Positions 9,292-18,436 of a DNA stretch of 64,000 nucleotides are shown piece after piece. The notes beneath the pieces were generated by a model. That model saw nothing but the letters and a program-made list of their open reading frames with translations, made no database searches and was not told where the DNA came from. This DNA is from Planctomycetota bacterium. Its GTDB lineage: Bacteria; Planctomycetota; UBA8108; SXIK01. Positions within the stretch are counted from its first letter, which is position 1. Each line of letters begins with the position of its first letter. The translations under genes and the position numbers were made by a program. Where the stretch lies: assembly GCA_965223845.1 (NCBI GenBank), contig CBDCXR010000004.1:5216001-5280000 (forward strand). The letters run 5' to 3'.

Positions 9292-11793
9292 CTACTTGTT
9301 CGCGCACTCCCGCGACACGAGCCGGAAACCGAACGTCGAGCTGCGTGCCGTCGGCACGTACCCGAATCGCGTAGCGGCACGAAAGTGACGCGCGGCAACG
9401 AGGTTCCACGATCCGCCGCGAAGGGCGCGGGTTCCGCTCTTCTCGTCGAACCAGCTCTGCGTCCATTCGCGGATCGTGCCCGCGAGATCCCGGACCCCGT
9501 AGGGCGACACGTCCTCCGCGAACGCGCCGACCGGCTCAGGTTGCGCGAGCTCGGGGCGCGAGAGACCGCCCTTCGCAAACGTCCACTCGAAGCGATCGCC
9601 CCAGGGGTGAAAGCGCCCGTCGGCGCCGCGGGCGGCCTTCTCCCAAGCGTCCTCGGTGGGGAGCTCGTACCTTCGATCGTCGCGCTTCGAGCGCCACTCG
9701 GCGTACGCGACCGCCGAGTGCCAGCTGACGCCGAAGACGGGACAGCTCAGCTCGAATCCGGCCGCGTACCGCGTTCGCACATCACCTTCGACGAGCCCTT
9801 CGACGGGGCGGTGCTTCCCGCCCGCGTCGCGTTCGACGAACACCTCGTTCGCCTGTCGTGGGACGTGCTCTTCCGCGTCGTCGCCGAGCGCGTCGAGAAA
9901 CTCGCAATATTCGCCGAGTGTCACGGGAAAACGCGCTACGTAGACATCGTCCACGTAGACCGAAGTCGAAGCCGCGCCGCCGTAACTCTCCGGATCGCCG
10001 CCACACGTCACCTCACCGGCGGGAATGTAGAGGAATCCCTCGCCGATCTCGCGCTCCGTTCGCAGCGTCACCGAAATCGATTTCGACTCGGAGCGCCCGA
10101 TCACGACCGGAACCGACGTATCGCGGAAGCCGTCCTTTCGGATCGTGACGAGATAGGATCCCATCGGAAGCGAGAGCTCCGCGACCGGAGTTTCGCCGAG
10201 ACTGCGCACTTCGATCGGCGTGAGGACGCGCCCCTTCTCCTCGTAGCGATGAAGCACCGCCGTTCCGCCCGGAGGATCCGTCTCGACCGCGAGCGAGCCG
10301 TCTCCCTTCAGCTTCTCGGCGTACCGCCCGTCGTCGTGCGCCTCGACGAGATCGCGGTACACCGCGGCGTCGCGTGCTCGCCGTTCTTCTTCCGCACGTA
10401 CGAACCACTGCCAATACAGATCCGCGAGGGCCCCCCGCGCTTCCTCGCAGTCGGGATCGGTCTGAAGCGCCGCGTTGAGCGATGCGACGGCGCGCGACGA
10501 CAGCCGCGTCCCGTCCATCTCCAGCTTTTGAATCGCGTCCTCGATGCGCCAGAGGAGTTTTTTCTTTTCGACGTCGTCGTGGGCGGCGATCACCGCGCTC
10601 GTCGATTCTGCTTGCTCGCGAAGACGCGCGCGCTTCTCTTCGAGAGTGTCGTACTCGCGGAGCAGTGTCCGGCTCTCGCTGACGAGCTCTAGAGCCTCGT
10701 TCCGCCTCCGCTCGCGATCTCGCGTACCTTCGATGTAGCTCTGAAGGTCGCTCTGAAACTCACGCGCGTCGGCGTGTCGCTCACTTCGATCGGCCGAGAG
10801 CGCCTTCATGCAGATCGCTTCGAGGACCGGAGGGATGCGCGCCCCGGGCGCGACGTCACTCGGCGCAGCGACCTCGCCTCGACGCGCGAGATCGAGAATC
10901 TCCATCACGTTCCGGCCGACGAACGGCGGGCGAAAACAGAGGCATTCGTAGAGAACACCGCCGAGACCGAAGACGTCGGCGCGGCTGTCGAGCGAGTCGA
11001 TCTCGCCGCGCGCCGCCTCGGGCGAGATGTAGGACGGAGTTCCCTGGACTGCGCCGGCGAGCGTCGATATCCCGCTCTCCGTCCGCGCGGTGAGCACGGG
11101 GTCCTCGCCGCTGAGATCGGGATCGCTCGGCGCGTCGATGACTTTCGCGAGCCCCCAGTCCATGACGAGGACCTCTCCGTAGTCCCCCACCATGATGTTC
11201 TCCGGCTTGAGATCGCGATGGAGCACGCCGCGCACATTCGCGTAGTGAACTCCCATCGCCGCCTGCTGGAGCGTTTGCGCGATGCGGATCGGCGTAAACT
11301 CCCGGCGGACGTCCGGGCGACCGAGAGCGAGATCGCGCGCGATCTCGCGGAGAGTTCGCCCCTTCACGAGCTTCATCGTGAAGAAGACACGCCCGTCGGC
11401 TTGGACGCCCATCTCGTGAACGGGCGGAATGTTCGGGTGCTCGAGCTGCCCGCAGACCTGCGCCTCCTCGACAAAGCGGCTCAGCTTGTCGACGTTCTGC
11501 CCGATGTCCTCGCGGACGACCTTCATCGCGACCCAGCGGCGAAGGTCGTTGTCGTAAGCCTTGAGCACGGAACCCATTCCGCCGCGACCGATCTCGCTCG
11601 CCACCTCGTACTTGTCTTCGGGAGGCGATGATCCGACGACAGGGGGCGCGTCCGCACTGCCGTCCGGGCGGAGCGGCGGCGCGTCGGAGGCGTCGCCGAG
11701 GACGTCCTGAAGAAGATGGAGGATGCTCTGCGTTCCGACGACGTGTTCCGTCACCGTCCGCTTGAGCGGTTTTCCCTCGGGGCTCTTCGCCAT
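9292..11793 (-). CDS. Ser/Thr protein kinase with PEGA and C-terminal FGE-sulfatase-like (CLec) domain
   Basis: IGRGGMG, VAMK, HRDLKPEN, DWG, GTPSYISPE; PEGA (VETDPPG...GETP...GSY.V.IRKDGF); FGE (LPTEDAWEKAARG, SPYGVRDLAG...EW, RGGSW...GFRL). No TM segment seen. Confidence 0.92.
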   Translation of the reverse strand: MAKSPEGKPLKRTVTEHVVGTQSILHLLQDVLGDASDAPPLRPDGSADAPPVVGSSPPEDKYEVASEIGRGGMGSVLKAYDNDLRRWVAMKVVREDIGQNVDKLSRFVEEAQVCGQLEHPNIPPVHEMGVQADGRVFFTMKLVKGRTLREIARDLALGRPDVRREFTPIRIAQTLQQAAMGVHYANVRGVLHRDLKPENIMVGDYGEVLVMDWGLAKVIDAPSDPDLSGEDPVLTARTESGISTLAGAVQGTPSYISPEAARGEIDSLDSRADVFGLGGVLYECLCFRPPFVGRNVMEILDLARRGEVAAPSDVAPGARIPPVLEAICMKALSADRSERHADAREFQSDLQSYIEGTRDRERRRNEALELVSESRTLLREYDTLEEKRARLREQAESTSAVIAAHDDVEKKKLLWRIEDAIQKLEMDGTRLSSRAVASLNAALQTDPDCEEARGALADLYWQWFVRAEEERRARDAAVYRDLVEAHDDGRYAEKLKGDGSLAVETDPPGGTAVLHRYEEKGRVLTPIEVRSLGETPVAELSLPMGSYLVTIRKDGFRDTSVPVVIGRSESKSISVTLRTEREIGEGFLYIPAGEVTCGGDPESYGGAASTSVYVDDVYVARFPVTLGEYCEFLDALGDDAEEHVPRQANEVFVERDAGGKHRPVEGLVEGDVRTRYAAGFELSCPVFGVSWHSAVAYAEWRSKRDDRRYELPTEDAWEKAARGADGRFHPWGDRFEWTFAKGGLSRPELAQPEPVGAFAEDVSPYGVRDLAGTIREWTQSWFDEKSGTRALRGGSWNLVAARHFRAATRFGYVPTARSSTFGFRLVSRECANK

Positions 11794-11943
11794 CGCGCGA
11801 CTCGACTACCGGATCCCGGGACCGAGTCGCACGGCGCGACGCGGATCCGTGGGTTCATAGTAGTCGGCGCGTCGTGGGTCTGGAAAGAGGTCGTGGTGAA
11901 CTCCTCTTCAAGGACGAGAACACGCGCCGGCAGTACCAACGGC

Positions 11944-12540
11944 TCAAGTCAAGAGCTCCCGCAGCCTCCGCGCCGCGCGCATCTCACGCATGCGAACCGC
12001 CTCCGCGGAGATGCCGAGCTCGCGGCCGATCTCCGGCGAATTCTTGCCGGCGATACGAAGCTCGAGCACTCGTCGCTGGTCGTCCGGAAGCTGCGCGAGC
12101 GCGTCCTTCAGCTTCGCGCGAAGCTCGGACTTGACGAGCGCGGCGAGCGGATCGCGCGCTCCCGTCTCTCCGCCCTCGTCGGGAACGACATCGTCCGCCG
12201 CGTCGAAACCGATCTGCGGACGCTTTCGGCGCACCGCACGGCCGATCTTTCGCCGGAGGATGGTGCGCATCCAGCGGAAAAACTCGCCCTCCGATTCCCC
12301 GCGAAACTGTGACGCGTCGAGCCACCCGCTTCGAAGGGCGCTCTGCATGAGGTCGAGACTGTCGACGATGTCGCGCGCCCGATCGGACTGCGGGAGGAGC
12401 TTCCGCGCGATCGCGTGGAGCTGTCGCCCTTCCTGTTCGCGGCTCGCGAGCCGTTCGAAGATCGCGTTCCACGCCTCGCGGTCTCCGGCTCGCGCGCCGG
12501 TGAGGAGAAGTCGAAATTCGTTGTCATCGTTCGGAGCCAT
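11944..12540 (-). CDS. ECF sigma factor (kinase-associated, planctomycete type)
   Basis: AGDREAW...DLMQS...F.G.SEGEF.RW...I (region 2); ALAQLPDDQRRVLELR...S.EIG.ELG.S..AVR (region 4). Start placed at ATG 12540. Confidence 0.88.
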   Translation of the reverse strand: MAPNDDNEFRLLLTGARAGDREAWNAIFERLASREQEGRQLHAIARKLLPQSDRARDIVDSLDLMQSALRSGWLDASQFRGESEGEFFRWMRTILRRKIGRAVRRKRPQIGFDAADDVVPDEGGETGARDPLAALVKSELRAKLKDALAQLPDDQRRVLELRIAGKNSPEIGRELGISAEAVRMREMRAARRLRELLT

Positions 12541-13025
12541 CCCCTCGAAAGTAGTCCGGACGGACAGCGGAATCGACTGGAAACTCGTCGGGGTCACGCG
12601 GAGGCCCGCGGGCCCTTCGACGCCCACGATCGTGCGCTCCGCGTCCGTCCCGTCGCGACCACACGGGCCGTCGCAGCGATTTCTCGAATTGCGCTCGCAG
12701 CCACCGCCAAACTCGGTCGACGATCTGTCTCATCGGTGCCCCCTCTCGTTCGGGCTCGCTTGCGGTTCGAGCCCGGACGCGGCGAGACGCCGAATGATCC
12801 CAGGCTCTCTACGGTATCTGTGCCAGTCGGGGGGAGTGGCGTAACGCCGGGATCAGAATTTTCTTCCTTCTCGCCCGTTTCAGGCCCGACGAGAGGAGGC
12901 GCGGCACTCGTCGCGATTGGGTATAACGAGAGCTCCCTTCCGTGAAGGACCCCGAATGCCCTCGTGCTCGGCGCGGGAAGACTCCCGATCGAGCTCGACT
13001 CGCGAGGAGAAACACCGAGAACAGC

Positions 13026-14786
13026 ATGAAGCGAACCAGATTCATCGGAGTGTCTCTCCGCGCACTCCTTTTCGTGGCGATCGCCTCAGCGTGCGCCGCT
13101 GCCCCCGCCCAATCGATCCGCATCGATCCGTCGAGAACGCACTGGATCTGGCTCACCGAGCCCGCAGACGGAGACACGGCGTACTTTCGCCGCCGATTCG
13201 AGCTCCGGAGCGTTCGTTCGGCTCATGTCACGATCACGTGCGACAACGTCTACGAGCTGTTCGTGAATGGCGCCTACGTCGGCGCCGATCGCGAATGGAC
13301 GGAAGCGGAGACGTACGACATTTCGAAACACTTGAGGAGCGGGATGAACGTCGTCGCGGTACGCGGCACGAACGAAGGCGGCCCCGCCGCTCTCTCCGCT
13401 CAGATCAGCGTGGAGACCGATAGCGGCGAGACCGTCGTCATCGGAACCGACCGATCCTGGCGAGCACGTCAATCCCTCGTCCCGCGATGGACGGAGGCCG
13501 GAACCGATGCCGGCGACTGGCCTCCCGCCCGCGACCTCGGTGCGTTCGGCAGCACGCCGCCGTGGGGAAGCACCGTTCGCGTCGCGCAAACGCTGACTGC
13601 GCTCAGCGAATCCAGCGAGCGGCCAGAGCGCTCGGGAGAGCTCGTCGTCCTCCTCGGGAATACCGCGATCGAGCGCGAAGGTCGCTACGGCTACCTCGAG
13701 ACGGCGCTCACGATTCTCGCGCCGGGGGAACCGCTCCTCTTTCGCAATCTCGGCTGGAGCGGGGACACGGTCTTCGGTCACGCGCGCTCGTACTTCGGCC
13801 CCCCCGCCGAAGGCTTCGAGCGACTCCGGCGCCACCTCCGGCGCTTGCGGCCCGATCGAGTCCTCGTCGCCTACGGTGCGGTGGCTGCGTTCGAGGGTGA
13901 GCGCGGACTCGAAAAATTCACGCAAGGCTACCGGGTGCTCCTCGACAGCATCGCCGAAACCGGCGCGAAGGCGACACTCGTCACTCCGCTCCCGCACGAG
14001 AATCTCGGGATCCCACTCCCGAGCCCGCGCGCATACAACGAGAAGCTTGCGCTCTACGTCCGGCGCGTTCGCTCGATCGGAGCGGAGCGAGGCCTCGACG
14101 TCGTCGATCTCCACGGCCCCGTTCGCGACCATTTTCGATCGTCTCCGCAGTGGCGACTCACCGACAACAATGTCCACCTCACCGCCTTCGGTTACTGGTG
14201 GCTCGCGCCGGTCCTCGCGCGCGTGCTCGGAAGCGCGGATCCCACCTGGCGCGTGAGTGTCGCCCGCGAGAGCGTTTCCCCAGAGACGATCGGAACCAAG
14301 CTCACGAATCTTCGCCGGAGCGCCGAAGCCGTTTCGTTTTCCCTCCTCGACGATCGACTCCCGCTGCCGCCCCCGCCCGCGTCGAGCCCCGGGAGCGCGA
14401 CGGCGCTCGCTCCAACGCGGCTCCTCGTCGTCGAAGGGCTCCGACCGGGAATCTACGAGCTTCGCATCGACGGTGTTCCCGTTGCTCGGCATCGCGCGGC
14501 CGTCTGGGGAGACGGTGTCCGCGTGGCGCGCGGTCCGGAGTTCGACCAAGCTGACGCCCTGCGGCGGCTCGTCCTCACGAAGAACGAGCTCTACTTTCAT
14601 CGGTGGCGACCGCAAAACGAAACCTATCTCTTCGGCTTTCGTAAGCACGAGCAGGGCGAGCACGCGGTTGAAATCCCGATGTTCGACCCGCTCGTCGACG
14701 CAAAGGAAGTCGAGATCGCCGCGCTCAGAAAACCGCGGTCGCACGACTACACGCTCGCGCGCGTAGGAGAGGAGGCGAACCGATGA
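13026..14786 (+). CDS. Secreted SGNH/GDSL-like hydrolase with N-terminal beta-sandwich (carbohydrate-binding-like) domain
   Basis: Signal peptide; WIW...YFRRRF...ITCDN.Y.LFVNG; SGNH blocks LGNT.IER, RNLGWSGDTV, DNNVHL. Confidence 0.75.
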   Translation: MKRTRFIGVSLRALLFVAIASACAAAPAQSIRIDPSRTHWIWLTEPADGDTAYFRRRFELRSVRSAHVTITCDNVYELFVNGAYVGADREWTEAETYDISKHLRSGMNVVAVRGTNEGGPAALSAQISVETDSGETVVIGTDRSWRARQSLVPRWTEAGTDAGDWPPARDLGAFGSTPPWGSTVRVAQTLTALSESSERPERSGELVVLLGNTAIEREGRYGYLETALTILAPGEPLLFRNLGWSGDTVFGHARSYFGPPAEGFERLRRHLRRLRPDRVLVAYGAVAAFEGERGLEKFTQGYRVLLDSIAETGAKATLVTPLPHENLGIPLPSPRAYNEKLALYVRRVRSIGAERGLDVVDLHGPVRDHFRSSPQWRLTDNNVHLTAFGYWWLAPVLARVLGSADPTWRVSVARESVSPETIGTKLTNLRRSAEAVSFSLLDDRLPLPPPPASSPGSATALAPTRLLVVEGLRPGIYELRIDGVPVARHRAAVWGDGVRVARGPEFDQADALRRLVLTKNELYFHRWRPQNETYLFGFRKHEQGEHAVEIPMFDPLVDAKEVEIAALRKPRSHDYTLARVGEEANR

Positions 14787-17700
14787 AATCCTCCGTCACC
14801 GCCTCCATTCTTCCGACTCGCGCACTCGCGCTCGTTCTTTCGCTCGCGCCGCTTGCCGCGCTCGACGCTCAGCGCGGCCTCAAAAACATTCCCGATCCGA
14901 ATCCCGAGCTCGAGCGCCGATCGTTCGAGGTCGCCGAGGGGTTCGACGTGAATCTCTTCGCGTCCGAGCCGATGGTCCGGAATCCGATCCACATGAACTG
15001 GGACTCGGAGGGACGCCTCTGGGTCGCGACGAGCCCGATCTACCCGCACATCGAGCCGGGCGCTGAGGCGAACGATCAGATCGTCGTCCTCGAGGACGTC
15101 GACGGAGACGGCGTCGCCGACCGACACACGGTGTTCGCCGACGACCTCCTCATCCCGACGGCGGTCGTGCCGGGAGACGGCGGCGCATACGTGGCAAACT
15201 CGACCGAGCTCCTCCACATGGTCGACACCGACGGCGACGGACGCGCCGATCGCACGCGCGTCGTTCTCAGTGGATTCGGAACCGAGGACACGCACCACAT
15301 CCTCCACACGATCCTCTTCGGTCCCGACGGGCGCCTCTACTTCAACCAGTCGATCTACATCCACTCCCACGTGGAGACTCCGCACGGGGTTCGGCGTCTC
15401 GGCGGTGGCGGCGCGTGGCGATTCCGGCCGGAAACGATGGCGCTCGACGTGTTCATCCGCGGCTTCGTCAACTCCTGGGGTCACCGCTTCGACCGCTGGG
15501 GCCAGTCGTTCTTCACCGATGGGGCCTACGGTGAAGGCATCAACTACGCGTTTCCCGGCGCGGTCTTCGTGACCGCTGTGGGCGCGAAGCGCATCCTTCG
15601 CGGCCTCAACCCCGGCCAGCCGAAAGAGTGCGGACTCGAAGTCCTGAGTGGGAGACATCTCCCTGAGGACTGGTCCGGCTCTCTCGTCACGAACGACTTT
15701 CGCGCGAACCGCGTCGTGCGGTTCGCTCTCACCGAAGATGGGAGCGGGTTCGCATCGCGCCAAGTCGAAGACCTCGTCCGGACGAAGCATGTCGCGTTTC
15801 GGCCGATCGACGTCAAGATGGGACCCGACGGCGCGATCTACGTCGCCGACTGGTACAACCCGATCATCCAGCACGGAGAGGTGAGTTTTCGCGACGATCG
15901 TCGCGACCACGTTCACGGGCGCATCTGGCGGTTCACGAAGAAGGGCCGACCGCTCGCGCCTCGTCCGCACATCGTGGGCGCCGAAATCGCTCACCTTCTC
16001 GAGCTGCTCAAAGCGCCCGAAGATTGGACGCGACTCCACGCAAAGCTCGAATTGAAGGGCCGCGGCGCCGACGCGGTGACTCCCGCACTCGGTGAGTGGG
16101 TCGAAACGCTAGCGAGGAGCGATCCCGCGTTCGAGCACCACCGACTCGAGGCCCTCTGGACGTTTCAAGCCCTCGACTCGGTACACGACCCTCTGCTTCG
16201 CGCCGTGCTGGCGTCGCGCGATCACCGCGCGCGCGCGGCGGCGGTCCGTGTGCTCGCGGAGTGGCAGCCGCGGTTTCCCGACGCGCACGAGCTCCTGATG
16301 AGCGCCGTTCTCGACGGACATCCCCGCGTTCGCCTAGAGGCCGTGAACGCACTCCGCGCGAACGGATCGGCACGCGCGGCTGAGATCGCGATGCGCGCCC
16401 TCGACCAGCCGGTCGACGAGTTTCTCGACTTTGCGCTCTGGCTCACGGCGCGCGATCTTCAACCCGTGTGGCTCCCCGCGTTCGAGCGCGGGGAGATCAC
16501 CTTCGGCGGGAATCTCGATCACGTCGCATTCGCTCTTCGGTCGACGGGCAACTCGGCTGTACTCCGGCCTCTCATCGCCATGCTGCGCGGGGGGAAGATC
16601 ACCGCGGATAAGCGAGACGATGTGCTCGCCTTCGTCGCCGATGTCGGCGGAGCGGAGGAGCTGCAACTCGCGTTCGACTTCGCGCGGGACACTCGTGTGG
16701 GATCCGCCCTCGAACGAGCGCGCCTCCTCGATCGTCTTGTCGCGGCAAGCGAGCGACGGGGAGTCGTCGCAAGTGGCGCCGGCCCCGGCGTTCTCGAGCT
16801 GCTGAGATCGGACGACGCCCGACTCGCGCGCGCGGGAACTCGCGCGGCCGCCGCGTGGAAGATCGCCGATGCCGTCCCGCACCTCGTCGCGCTCGCGCGC
16901 GGACCGTCGAGCGTTCGCGCCGACGCGATCGACGCGCTCGGGTCGTTCGAAGACACCGGCGCGCGCGACGCTCTGCGCGCGTTCAGCACGTCCGCGGACA
17001 GCTTCTCGCTCCGATCGCGCGCGGCCGCCGCGCTCGCGCGGGTCGACCGATCCGCCGGCATCGCGCACGCGGTTCAGCTCCTTGGGTCTGCGTCCGCCGA
17101 AGAGGATCCGGCGCTGCTTCTGAACGCGATTCTTCGCCTCAAGGACGGTGCGGAGCAGCTCGCAGCGGCGATCGCCGGGACACGGATCGATCCCGCCGTC
17201 GCGCAAGCTGCGATCAACGCGGCCGAATCCACCGGACGAGAACTCGGCGAGCTCGTCAGCGCGCTCCGGGCGTCCGCCGGACTGACTCCGGTCGCGTCGC
17301 TCGGCGCGGAGAAGCTCGAACGACTCGCGACCGAGATCCTCACGAAGGGAAATCCGGCGCGCGGAGAATCGATCTACCGTCGGACTTCGCTCGCGTGCAC
17401 GACCTGTCACGCGATCGCGGGCGCGGGCGGCAAAGTCGGCCCGGACCTCATCAGTATCGGTGCGAGCGCACCGGTCGACTACCTCATCGACTCGCTCCTC
17501 GAGCCCAACAAGAAGATCAAGGAGGGATACCACCTCGTCGAGATCGTGACGAAAGACTTCGAGATCTACTCCGGAACGCTCGTCGGAAAGGACAAGGACC
17601 GCATCGTTCTCCGCGAGGCGTCGGGGGACGAAGTCGAACTCGCGACGGCCAACGTCGAAGAGGAGAACGTCGTCAATCGCTCGATGATGCCGGCGGGGCT

Positions 17701-18214
17701 GGTCGCGAACCTCTCGCGTGCCGAGCTCGTCGACCTCGTCCGTTTCCTCGCGGCACTCGGAAAAGACGTGACCGTCTCGAACGAACCGCTCGTCCGTCGG
17801 TGGCGCTCGCTCGCCGCCGCCTCGGCGAACGCGCCCCCGGCGGCGATCGTCGACGCGGGGAGCGCCGTCGAATGGAAGCCGGTCTACAGCCGAGTCGATG
17901 GATCGCTGCCTCTCAGTGAACTCGAGGCTGCGAGCGACGGACGCCGATGGGTGTTCTTCGAAGTCGAGGTGACAACGCCGGGAAGAATCCGTTTCGAGAT
18001 CGAAGGGTTGTCGCCGGACCGACGCGCGAGCACGGAACTGTGGTTCGGCGGCTCCCGGGTCGCGGGCGACTCTCGACATATCGTGAATGCTCCGAGCGGG
18101 GTCCACCGCGTGACGCTCGCGATCGACGCGCGCTCGGGCGGGGAAGGGGTGACTGTTGCGCTGGTCGGTGTTCCCGGCTCGGCGGCGAACGCCCGGGTCC
18201 TGGGGGGGAACTAG
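14783..18214 (+). CDS. PVC-type putative membrane-bound dehydrogenase with HEAT repeats and heme-binding CxxCH domain
   Basis: F.V.LFASEP..NP..M.WD..GRLWV, LED.DGDG.AD, FRP.D..MGPDGA.YVADWYNPIIQH; HEAT repeats; G...RG..IY..CTTCH...GPDL; SMMP.GL. ATGA-coupled to the SGNH gene. Confidence 0.9.
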   Translation: MKSSVTASILPTRALALVLSLAPLAALDAQRGLKNIPDPNPELERRSFEVAEGFDVNLFASEPMVRNPIHMNWDSEGRLWVATSPIYPHIEPGAEANDQIVVLEDVDGDGVADRHTVFADDLLIPTAVVPGDGGAYVANSTELLHMVDTDGDGRADRTRVVLSGFGTEDTHHILHTILFGPDGRLYFNQSIYIHSHVETPHGVRRLGGGGAWRFRPETMALDVFIRGFVNSWGHRFDRWGQSFFTDGAYGEGINYAFPGAVFVTAVGAKRILRGLNPGQPKECGLEVLSGRHLPEDWSGSLVTNDFRANRVVRFALTEDGSGFASRQVEDLVRTKHVAFRPIDVKMGPDGAIYVADWYNPIIQHGEVSFRDDRRDHVHGRIWRFTKKGRPLAPRPHIVGAEIAHLLELLKAPEDWTRLHAKLELKGRGADAVTPALGEWVETLARSDPAFEHHRLEALWTFQALDSVHDPLLRAVLASRDHRARAAAVRVLAEWQPRFPDAHELLMSAVLDGHPRVRLEAVNALRANGSARAAEIAMRALDQPVDEFLDFALWLTARDLQPVWLPAFERGEITFGGNLDHVAFALRSTGNSAVLRPLIAMLRGGKITADKRDDVLAFVADVGGAEELQLAFDFARDTRVGSALERARLLDRLVAASERRGVVASGAGPGVLELLRSDDARLARAGTRAAAAWKIADAVPHLVALARGPSSVRADAIDALGSFEDTGARDALRAFSTSADSFSLRSRAAAALARVDRSAGIAHAVQLLGSASAEEDPALLLNAILRLKDGAEQLAAAIAGTRIDPAVAQAAINAAESTGRELGELVSALRASAGLTPVASLGAEKLERLATEILTKGNPARGESIYRRTSLACTTCHAIAGAGGKVGPDLISIGASAPVDYLIDSLLEPNKKIKEGYHLVEIVTKDFEIYSGTLVGKDKDRIVLREASGDEVELATANVEEENVVNRSMMPAGLVANLSRAELVDLVRFLAALGKDVTVSNEPLVRRWRSLAAASANAPPAAIVDAGSAVEWKPVYSRVDGSLPLSELEAASDGRRWVFFEVEVTTPGRIRFEIEGLSPDRRASTELWFGGSRVAGDSRHIVNAPSGVHRVTLAIDARSGGEGVTVALVGVPGSAANARVLGGN

Positions 18215-18245
18215 AAGCTCGAGGCCCGCTCGAACACTGAAGGGA

Positions 18246-18426
18246 GATTTCACACGAAGTGACGCGAAGGACCGCGAAGTAAGACGAAGGAGGAGAGATG
18301 CGGTTTGTTCGATGGAGAACTGAAGTCTTCCGTTCGCGACTGAAACGATCGCTGTCCATATACTTCTAGATTCTCTTTTCCTTCCTTCGTCTTACTTCGC
18401 GGTCCTTCGCGCTCTTCGTGTGAATC
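18246..18426. repeat. Inverted-repeat element copy 2
   Basis: Left gatttcacacgaagtgacgcgaaggaccgcgaagtaagacgaagga; reverse complement of right arm gattcacacgaagagcgcgaaggaccgcgaagtaagacgaagga. Spacer is unrelated to copy 1. Confidence 0.9.
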
Positions 18427-18436
18427 CTGTCTTACG

